Virus record (IMG/VR): IMGVR_UViG_3300020045_007920
Location: 1 to 41,290 of that record
Length of the DNA stretch: 41,290 nt
From: a virus
Lineage: Duplodnaviria; Caudoviricetes
Reading direction: 5' to 3' (one strand)
The translations under genes and the position numbers were made by a program. Under the pieces are notes generated by a model that saw only the letters and a list, made by a program, of their open reading frames with translations, ran no database searches and had not been told where the DNA came from. Every line of letters begins with the position of its first letter. The stretch's first letter is position 1. Below, in pieces: positions 34,388-41,290 of the stretch.

Positions 34388-35535
34388 CTCTTATATAAGT
34401 TAATCTGAAAATCCTCTTTTCTTTTAATTGAATCGTACACCGCTTGATCCACACTGTCACCTTCCGTTAAGAGATACACAAAGGTGGTCCGGGATGGTTT
34501 ATTCATACGCAAGAAACGACCGTTCATCTGCTCCCAAGAAGTATAACTATATGACATCGAGGCGTAAACACATACAGGAAAACTCGGAAGTTCAAAACCG
34601 ATACCACAGTCCGCTTGGATGAGAACGACTGCTCGATCAGCCTTTTCAGCCGATAGGACTATCGAGTCCCTGTCTTTAACATCCCCACGGATGATTGTAG
34701 GGGCATGTTTTTTGAGCAATTCAGCCAAAACATCTATCTGAGCGTTGTATCTACAAACGATAGCGATTTTTGGATTCTCCTCAACGAGTGAAACGATCCT
34801 GTCGTTCTTATCCCCTTGCTGTTCAATCTGATGCTCGGCCGTAAAGCGGACAATGGGGAGAGGGTCGTACGAATCTTTAATAGCCTGTCTTTGGCTTGAA
34901 TTGAGAGCAAAGTATTCAGGTTCACAATGTTGTTGCAAAGGTACATCCATTACATCAGCAATGTCCACCACTGACGCAATCTTCTTTGTGAGTTCAGCAA
35001 GCTGTTTCTCGCATCCTTTCTTCGGGACCGGCACAATACGGGGACCGAAACGAACTTGGTTAAAGAACATATAGTTAAACTTCTGCCAGTCTAGTTTGTA
35101 ACCGAGGTAGTAAGCAAGATTGTAAATGTTCCAAGGGCTGGAGGTGTGGACTGTGGCAGAACACGCTAAAAATCTTTGTACCTTATGTATTTTCAAGTAA
35201 TCACGGAGAGCTTTAGACATTTGTGATTTAAAGTGGGGAGTCAAAAAACCCGAATGAATTTCGTCACAAATTACTTGATCGTACTTCTTTAAAATTTTAT
35301 AGTCCCGTCTGAAAGTTTCTTTGGATATTACGTCTATCTGTATACCCCACTTCTCCATTTCTCTTTTCCAATTAGTCGTCAATGCTTTTGGCACAATGGT
35401 CAAAGTCGATCCTTTATAAAGTTTACTCCACTCTAAAGCCGTCCTAGTTTTAGAAGTGCCGCAAGACCATACCAAACAGGATTTATTTGGATTTTGTCCA
35501 AGAAAATAACGTTGATGTTCAAAAAGCGATTGCAT
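34384..35535 (-). CDS. Superfamily 2 (SNF2-like) helicase
   Basis: LFEHQ (Q motif), CGTSKT (Walker A variant), ICDEIH, SAT, GIGFEL and QMNGRFLR. Confidence 0.85.
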   Translation of the reverse strand: MQSLFEHQRYFLGQNPNKSCLVWSCGTSKTRTALEWSKLYKGSTLTIVPKALTTNWKREMEKWGIQIDVISKETFRRDYKILKKYDQVICDEIHSGFLTPHFKSQMSKALRDYLKIHKVQRFLACSATVHTSSPWNIYNLAYYLGYKLDWQKFNYMFFNQVRFGPRIVPVPKKGCEKQLAELTKKIASVVDIADVMDVPLQQHCEPEYFALNSSQRQAIKDSYDPLPIVRFTAEHQIEQQGDKNDRIVSLVEENPKIAIVCRYNAQIDVLAELLKKHAPTIIRGDVKDRDSIVLSAEKADRAVVLIQADCGIGFELPSFPVCVYASMSYSYTSWEQMNGRFLRMNKPSRTTFVYLLTEGDSVDQAVYDSIKRKEDFQINLYKR

Positions 35536-36136
35536 TTATTATTTTAGTTAAGTTTGTCATAACCTCTTTATTTTTAAATCTATATACTGTCCATCCATTT
35601 TTTTCTAAAAATAAAGTTTTTTTTCGATCCTGTTTTTGTCTTTCAAGAGCTGAGTGACTACTTCCATCAACTTCAATAGCAATCTTTTTTCCAGGGTTAG
35701 CTATATCAATTTTATAGCATGTCGGATACTTATTTTTAGAAATTTTTCGTAAATGTGTAGCAACGGAATGTTCTCCGTACCACCCATTACCTAACGCCGA
35801 CAAAAGTATCCTTTGGGGGGCAGACATTTCTTTACCGTTACCTCCCCTAACCATAGGTCTAGTCCCTAACATTTTATTAGTAATCATTATTTTTTCTTTG
35901 ACCCCTTTCATCCATACAGGATTATTTTTCTTCATTCTTTTAGCAGATTCCTCTTTTCGTAAACAGCCGCAACTTCTTGTATATCCCTTAACAAGACTAT
36001 GTTTATAAACATCTTTTATGTTTCCACAAATACATATACATTTAAAAAAAATCAATTTTCTTCCACTAGAGAAACTTCTGTGAAAAGATTTTAATACCTT
36101 TAATCGCGCGAACCGCTTATTTATGAATTCATCCAT
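35519..36136 (-). CDS. Free-standing homing-type endonuclease with a DUF559/Vsr-like nuclease domain
   Basis: N-terminal CICICGN...TRSCGC; C-terminal IDIANPGKKIAIEVDGSSH...QDRKKTLFLEKNGWTVYRF; ATG 36136 lies 6 nt after TATAAT (36148-36143). Confidence 0.8.
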   Translation of the reverse strand: MDEFINKRFARLKVLKSFHRSFSSGRKLIFFKCICICGNIKDVYKHSLVKGYTRSCGCLRKEESAKRMKKNNPVWMKGVKEKIMITNKMLGTRPMVRGGNGKEMSAPQRILLSALGNGWYGEHSVATHLRKISKNKYPTCYKIDIANPGKKIAIEVDGSSHSALERQKQDRKKTLFLEKNGWTVYRFKNKEVMTNLTKIINAIAF

Positions 36137-36186
36137 GTGTACATTATACACCTAAGACTAAATAATGCAATAATACATTACTTTGC

Positions 36187-36495
36187 CTATTCTTTACTCT
36201 CCCTATACATTCTAAATAGCATTGCATAATTGGCGAGATCACTACAAGCATCCAGTAACGATTCATCTGTTACCTTAGCTTCACGGTTAATGAGATTCTT
36301 AATGCGTGAAATTTTATCAGTGATTCGCACAATGAAGCCTATCTCTACAGGTATGCCTAATGAGGCACACACTTTGAAATTAAAGAATGGGTCATCCACA
36401 TTCGAATAGTCACTATTTTTCTTACGCACTATCTCTACGTTGTTGGCGTACAATTCCTCTAGTCGCTTCAACAGGTCTGCTTGTGTTTTGATCAT
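36187..36495 (-). CDS. DUF1599 / nucleotide-modification-associated domain protein
   Basis: KKNSDYS...DPFFNF...VRITDKISRIKNL...ESLLDACSDLANYA. Confidence 0.75.
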   Translation of the reverse strand: MIKTQADLLKRLEELYANNVEIVRKKNSDYSNVDDPFFNFKVCASLGIPVEIGFIVRITDKISRIKNLINREAKVTDESLLDACSDLANYAMLFRMYRESKE

Positions 36496-36644
36496 AATAA
36501 TATGGTTAGCCCTGCCCACCACATTGATGGGCAAAGGTAAAATACTACGGCTCAATCTCTTTGTCTTCATCCCCTGTTGGTTCTACGGGTTCTGGGATTA
36601 CTTCCTCACCTGCTTCGTGTTCTAATTGTTCGTTGGACATAGTT

Positions 36645-37472
36645 TTAGTCTAATGCTTTAGTGGCATGGCTAGTAATAGCATCCAATTCTTTATCTGCTT
36701 GTGCATCGGCTTGACCTGAACCCAAAAAGAACTGCTTGTCCTTTTCTACAATGTCCTTGAGAAGTGTTTGACCTTCTGTCACTACTTCAAACTCATCTGT
36801 GTTGATAAGCCTCTTATTCTTGAACGTGAGCTTACAGAATGTATTATCCCCAAACGTATCCTCGACACTACCTAGTGTTGTGATCACACTGGAAGGGTTT
36901 ACTGACTTCTTATAAGTCATGAACTCCCACTTTGATGACTGACTGATGTTCGCTTGGTGTAATACTCCCTCGTAAAGCACATATAGGATAGTTTCATCCT
37001 TTAACTTTGATGATGGCTTACCTTTAAGGGTAACTGCTGGGAACATTGCCTGTAACTCTGCCTGTGTTCCACGTTTTACCACCTGTTTATCAAGATAGAG
37101 AGGTAGGATTTGGTCCGCAGTATCATAGATAGGTGTTGAATAGAACTTCTCCAATGAAGCGTCATACATGCGAAGCTGTTTGCGGTGGAAAGCAATGATT
37201 ACGTCCACTGTTGCATCATCTATATACTTTTTCGTCCAAACTTTCTTACCTTCCTCATTTACCTCACCCTCGTCTGATTCAGTGTAGAAAGTTCCAGCCG
37301 ACTGGACAACTTTAATCTTCTTATTCTTGCCAGTGCCTTCACTCTCGGTAATATCCTTTGACAACATCCCGAAGCGGGGAAGTTGAAGGCGGTTAGATTC
37401 CTCTGGTACTGGGTAGGCGGCGTTTAACACCGCCAACTGTTCCTCATTTATTTCTTGTGTTTTTTTAGACAT
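36645..37472 (-). CDS. Replication/recombination-module protein, possibly ssDNA-binding
   Basis: 275 aa, beta-rich, acidic tail, next to a nuclease; function inferred from context only. Confidence 0.55.
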   Translation of the reverse strand: MSKKTQEINEEQLAVLNAAYPVPEESNRLQLPRFGMLSKDITESEGTGKNKKIKVVQSAGTFYTESDEGEVNEEGKKVWTKKYIDDATVDVIIAFHRKQLRMYDASLEKFYSTPIYDTADQILPLYLDKQVVKRGTQAELQAMFPAVTLKGKPSSKLKDETILYVLYEGVLHQANISQSSKWEFMTYKKSVNPSSVITTLGSVEDTFGDNTFCKLTFKNKRLINTDEFEVVTEGQTLLKDIVEKDKQFFLGSGQADAQADKELDAITSHATKALD

Positions 37473-37576
37473 GTTATTTAATTGTTATTTTATAATTATC
37501 AGTATTCACCGACCAAAGACACTGAAGCCGTAGGTACACGACCAAGTATAAACCTACGGTTTCAAAGTCCTTGAAT

Positions 37577-37891
37577 TCATACCTTTATGATACCTAAATC
37601 ATATTTCCTGTGACAAGAAGGACATAATTGTATCCAATCTTCAAACTTTCTTGTGTACTTTTCTCCCCTAATTGCCCATTCATACCTCTTAGGTTTAAAA
37701 TAAATAATTCCATTTTGATTTGTTTTTGGATAAACACATTCTTTGTATTCACACAAACGTGCTTTCCCGAAAGTTTTGTTAACCCACAAATGAATACCTC
37801 GATATTTTACTGCATCACCTTTCCAGTGAGAAGACTTCTCTCCTGTAAAGTGGGGTGGTCTTGACCATGTATTTTTTCGTCTAGTAGTCAT
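37577..37891 (-). CDS. Small HNH-like endonuclease
   Basis: GEKSSHWKGD...IHLWV...CEYKEC...WIQLCPSCHRKYD. Confidence 0.7.
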   Translation of the reverse strand: MTTRRKNTWSRPPHFTGEKSSHWKGDAVKYRGIHLWVNKTFGKARLCEYKECVYPKTNQNGIIYFKPKRYEWAIRGEKYTRKFEDWIQLCPSCHRKYDLGIIKV

Positions 37892-38507
37892 ATATTTGAA
37901 CGTACCGCTCCATCTCTTTTACCGCCTCATTTATTCTTGCGCCAAACTTCAATATATCAGACATCGACCTTTTTGTATCAAACCTATGAACTTCAATAGG
38001 TTGTTTGAATTCAATACGGTAATCATCTCCTTTGAAGTCTCCATTTTCTTGAGGAATTTTAACAGTAGGTATCCACTCAAGAAAACAATCAACTTCCTCT
38101 GGTCTAATCTTGCTCGTAATATAATTACATAATAAATAAAAATCCAACTGCCCATGCTCATCAACTCTTTTTTGATTCCACTCTTTAAACCCACTCTTAT
38201 ACTCTGCTAGTTTTCTTTTCTCTAATGGATCAAAACCATCAGCAAATCCTATAAGTTTGATACCATTAAATACAACTTCAAACTTGTGTTCACGTGCGGG
38301 TAACATTGTTACTGGAGCAAGAGGTTTTCCATCTTCGATACTTTTAGCTAACCGTTTCCCAAAAACCATTTCAGGATTTTCCTTTGGTTTTTCTTCTAGG
38401 ATATATTTTTTATACCAATCTTCCTTGCTGTATTCCCACTGCGACAAACTCGACCAACTCAAAGGCCTCTTCTTGGTAAACTGTTTAATTGAAAACTTTT
38501 TAGACAT
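37881..38507 (-). CDS. PD-(D/E)XK (RecB/Cas4-like) exonuclease
   Basis: LSWSSL...FGKRL...LIGFADG...LAEYKSG...QLDFY. Confidence 0.75.
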   Translation of the reverse strand: MSKKFSIKQFTKKRPLSWSSLSQWEYSKEDWYKKYILEEKPKENPEMVFGKRLAKSIEDGKPLAPVTMLPAREHKFEVVFNGIKLIGFADGFDPLEKRKLAEYKSGFKEWNQKRVDEHGQLDFYLLCNYITSKIRPEEVDCFLEWIPTVKIPQENGDFKGDDYRIEFKQPIEVHRFDTKRSMSDILKFGARINEAVKEMERYVQIYDY

Positions 38508-39082
38508 TAGCGGTAATTTATTGGCACCTGCTGTTCTTCTAACTCCACTCCTGCAATCGTTTTCCCTGCTTTGAGATCAGCCAACAGCTTACTCTCCATT
38601 ATCTCCCAGTATTCATCTGGTATAAGGGAGATGTCCACAACCTTTAACACCTGTACTGTGCGAAACTTCACGGTGCCTGCTTTGGTTTCGATACCCTCAT
38701 TATCTGGTAGGACAATAGCCTTGGTCGCTTCATCGAAGGATATTTCACCTTTGGCTAACTGTTCGGCGACCTTTGCTTCTTCTTCTTTTTGTTTCTTTGC
38801 AATCTCGGTTTGGTAGGACGACATCTTTTGACGAATAGCTGTGATAGCTGTCTCTAGGATAATCTCCATCGGCTTCCAACGTGAGCGTTCCGCTTTCAGT
38901 GCTTCATTAAGGGGCTTAGTAACTTTCTCCTTCTCCTCGGTGATCTTGTCATTGGCAATGTTAAGCTCGGATAGGATACTTACCGCTTTGGTTAGCTCTT
39001 TTGGAGTGGAGATAACGAGAGCCTTCGCTTTCTTAACTATTGGTGATACTTCCTTCTGTATTATTGTTATTTTGTTGGTCAT
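38507..39082 (-). CDS. Coiled-coil protein with a Gp157-like C-terminus
   Basis: KEKVTKPLNEALK...VVDISLIPDEY...AGKTIAGVEL. Confidence 0.65.
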   Translation of the reverse strand: MTNKITIIQKEVSPIVKKAKALVISTPKELTKAVSILSELNIANDKITEEKEKVTKPLNEALKAERSRWKPMEIILETAITAIRQKMSSYQTEIAKKQKEEEAKVAEQLAKGEISFDEATKAIVLPDNEGIETKAGTVKFRTVQVLKVVDISLIPDEYWEIMESKLLADLKAGKTIAGVELEEQQVPINYR

Positions 39083-39236
39083 GTTTTTGTTTCTTTTTTA
39101 ATAATCGTCTGTTTCTCTGTCTAGCTTTGGCGGACTTTAGTTGTATCTTCCGCATGTGTTCCACACTGTTGGGTTTAAGAAGTCTGGCTCTTTTACCTAA
39201 ATCAGAATACCATTTTGATATAATTGGATCGGTCAT
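39033..39236 (-). CDS. Small basic protein, candidate regulator
   Basis: 67 aa, Lys/Arg-rich; preceded by a TAGCAA-N5-TTGCTA palindrome. Confidence 0.55.
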   Translation of the reverse strand: MTDPIISKWYSDLGKRARLLKPNSVEHMRKIQLKSAKARQRNRRLLKKKQKHDQQNNNNTEGSITNS

Positions 39237-39290
39237 GGATATATCCTAGCATACTAGCAATTAGATTGCTATCCACAGGTGGGGATAATT

Positions 39291-39938
39291 TCATAATCCA
39301 ATTTTCTTCATGTAATCAAAATAAGTCTTGTCAATCTCGAAGCCAATATATTTTCGCCCTAGATTTTTGCACGCAAGAAGTATGGTACCACTTCCTGCAA
39401 ATGGATCTATTACTACCCCCCCCACAGGTACAGTAAGCAAGATTATTCTTTCTGCCAGTTTATATGGTATAGGACAAGGGTGTGGATTATCTTTTTTACT
39501 TACGTTCTTTACTTGATTTATCTCCCACCAATCGTATAGTTTTGCCTGTCTGCCATCGGCTATTCTTTTTGCAATACGTTTATCGGTGGGATTTTTATAT
39601 GGTTGTCCGAGTAAAGACATATTTGGCTTGCAATTCCACCATGTTATTTGCCTATGTTGTTTTGCGGTATTGCTGTTATATACCCACGCTACAGATTGTT
39701 CGCACCAATCAGCGTTCATAACTTTTGAAATAATATTGGCTGTTTCTTCTGGGTATGAAATTATTACAGATTGATACCCACCAAAAGCATCCTGTAGCAT
39801 CTGGCTATACTCATCTAAAGTTAATTCATCGGAATATTCTCTATAATGGTACCCTTGATTGTATGGAGGATCAGAAATGACATAGGCATTGCCATCAAAC
39901 TTATCTAAATGATTTCTAAAATCGTCGTGAATTATCAT
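39291..39938 (-). CDS. Orphan DNA methyltransferase (N6-A/N4-C, beta class)
   Basis: SDPPYN...HPCPIP...VIDPFAGSGT...YIGFEID. Confidence 0.92.
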   Translation of the reverse strand: MIIHDDFRNHLDKFDGNAYVISDPPYNQGYHYREYSDELTLDEYSQMLQDAFGGYQSVIISYPEETANIISKVMNADWCEQSVAWVYNSNTAKQHRQITWWNCKPNMSLLGQPYKNPTDKRIAKRIADGRQAKLYDWWEINQVKNVSKKDNPHPCPIPYKLAERIILLTVPVGGVVIDPFAGSGTILLACKNLGRKYIGFEIDKTYFDYMKKIGL

Positions 39939-40147
39939 TGGAGTAATTTACTTACCATTTCAAGAGTGACATCCCTGTAATATTTAGCCTTGTTATTTTT
40001 GATAACTCTAACTGTTCCTGTAGTAAACCAGTAGTCAAAAATATCCCCGTCTTTTTTGTATCTCAAATAGTATTTATCAGGCTGGACTTCGGCTAGTTCC
40101 CAACTATGATCACTTAGGGTGCATTTTAATATTTCTATATCAATCAT
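39935..40147 (-). CDS. Small hypothetical protein
   Basis: 70 aa, ATGA-coupled on both sides. Confidence 0.7.
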   Translation of the reverse strand: MIDIEILKCTLSDHSWELAEVQPDKYYLRYKKDGDIFDYWFTTGTVRVIKNNKAKYYRDVTLEMVSKLLQ

Positions 40148-41290
40148 GAGTTTAAGTGTGTTATTGCGTTCATAAGGACATCATCTGCTACTGATGGTTC
40201 GGGATCATCTCTAAACCATCTCCATGCACGAACACCGTCGCGCATAACATTCTTTTTTTCAAGTTTCAGATGTGTTTTTAACACATCTGCTATGGACATT
40301 TCGTCCCATTTTGTCATGGCTTTCATAGGATGACCTGCGTAAAGGGCATCTCTATAAACCTGATGAGTAGTAATACCCTCGTTTCTATTGTCTGATGTTA
40401 GTTTATTGAAGTACCAGTCAGCAATTAAACCTGAGTTTGGGTCTTGTATCCTTCTCGCCTCCTGCGCTTCTCTAGTCTCCTCCTTAGGAAACTCGTATAT
40501 GGTTTCCTTTTTGTTTACCACACGGTGATATGCCTCTGCGAATATTTGGTTTCTATTCTTCTCTAACCACTCTACGTTAGCCTCTGGTAAGACTACTGTC
40601 ACAGGTAGCCATCTGCGGTTGCCTGTTTCGTCTTTCAAGTATTCCGTCTGGTTCGTGGTCATGGCAAAAACACATCTGCGTGGAAAGTCTTGCGTAGCTC
40701 GCTCGTATGGCGTACGGAAACGATCGTTTTGCATGGTGATGATAGCTTTCATGCGTTTGACTTCTGTTCGGGTCAATGTCTCACCCTCTGAAAACTCAAT
40801 AATAGACTTGCCTGCAAACTGCATAAAGAAGTCCTTAGAATCCGTAGACATAACCGTCTCCGTGTGCCAATCTCCACCTAGTATTGAGAGTGACGTAGAC
40901 TTTTTAGCTCCCTGCTCGCCTTCTAGTACCAGTACGAAGTCGAACTTACAACCGGGTTCTACAAGCCTCTTCACCATGCCTTTTATCCAGTTGGAGCCTA
41001 CTGCACGATGATACTTGTCATCTGGCGCACCATAGACAGTGGATAGCCACGTATCTAAGCGTGGTTCCTTGTCCCACACGAGGGCTTTCATGTAGTCTAT
41101 TGCTGAATCTATAGCGTTTTCCTTTGATACCTTGATGATTGCGTCATACACCATCTCTTTACCTACCTTAGCAAAACAGGGGAATAAGATTGATATAGCC
41201 GTCTGAATACTCACAGCGTCATTATCCTCTAACTGTCTCCACACGTTTGTCGTGGTAGGCTTTATTTCAAAAACATTCTTGAACGTGTCA
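40144..41290 (-). CDS. C-terminal VapE-family P-loop helicase domain of the primase-polymerase (continues from 1-1146)
   Basis: WDKEPRLD...PGCKFDFVLVLEGEQGAKKST...IIEFSE...FRTPY...FPRRCVFAMTTN..YLKDETGNRRW. Confidence 0.9.
   Translation of the reverse strand, partial: DTFKNVFEIKPTTTNVWRQLEDNDAVSIQTAISILFPCFAKVGKEMVYDAIIKVSKENAIDSAIDYMKALVWDKEPRLDTWLSTVYGAPDDKYHRAVGSNWIKGMVKRLVEPGCKFDFVLVLEGEQGAKKSTSLSILGGDWHTETVMSTDSKDFFMQFAGKSIIEFSEGETLTRTEVKRMKAIITMQNDRFRTPYERATQDFPRRCVFAMTTNQTEYLKDETGNRRWLPVTVVLPEANVEWLEKNRNQIFAEAYHRVVNKKETIYEFPKEETREAQEARRIQDPNSGLIADWYFNKLTSDNRNEGITTHQVYRDALYAGHPMKAMTKWDEMSIADVLKTHLKLEKKNVMRDGVRAWRWFRDDPEPSVADDVLMNAITHLNS
41170..41290. repeat. Terminal direct repeat, right copy (circular overlap)
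   Basis: Identical to 1-121. Confidence 0.97.

Noticed and set aside
37881-38507. Cas4 as part of a CRISPR system
   Set aside because: It lacks the Fe-S cysteines and has no cas context; an ordinary phage recombination nuclease is more likely.
40144-41244. Stand-alone 366-aa virulence-associated protein E
   Set aside because: It is the C-terminal helicase domain of the primase gene starting at 1146; the family name does not imply virulence.
41170-41290. 121-bp terminal repeat as a biological direct terminal repeat
   Set aside because: It falls mid-gene with the frame continuous across the join, which is typical of an assembler overlap on a circular or permuted genome.

Overview
The window looks like a complete, circularly permuted tailed-phage genome of 41,169 bp: bases 1-121 are repeated at 41170-41290, in the middle of a gene. 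There are two transcription arms. The plus arm (about 4.0-30.3 kb) encodes a GroEL-like chaperonin, TerS, an intein-containing TerL, portal, scaffold, major capsid, podovirus-like tail and ejection proteins, several signal-peptide Thr/Ser-rich proteins, a papain-like peptidase, an amidase and a holin. The minus arm (30.3-41.3 kb, continuing through 1-3.6 kb) encodes small accessory genes, a DGR-target-like protein, a RecU-like resolvase, an SF2 helicase, two free-standing endonucleases, a PD-(D/E)XK nuclease, a DNA methyltransferase and an NrS-1-like primase-polymerase/VapE helicase that spans the contig ends. An iteron-rich candidate origin sits at the divergent strand switch (about 3.63-3.91 kb). 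No integrase, separate DNA polymerase, reverse transcriptase, tRNA or CRISPR array was seen. A Patescibacteria/Parcubacteria host is inferred (not shown) from protein style, TGnTATAAT promoters and scarce Shine-Dalgarno sites. The most striking element is the TerL intein, whose endonuclease VII-type nuclease is encoded as a separate overlapping gene in a different reading frame while the intein frame stays open. Also notable are an orphan DGR-like variable region and a plasmid-style leader-peptide/hairpin element upstream of the replicase. All family assignments are by motif recognition by eye; no database search was run.
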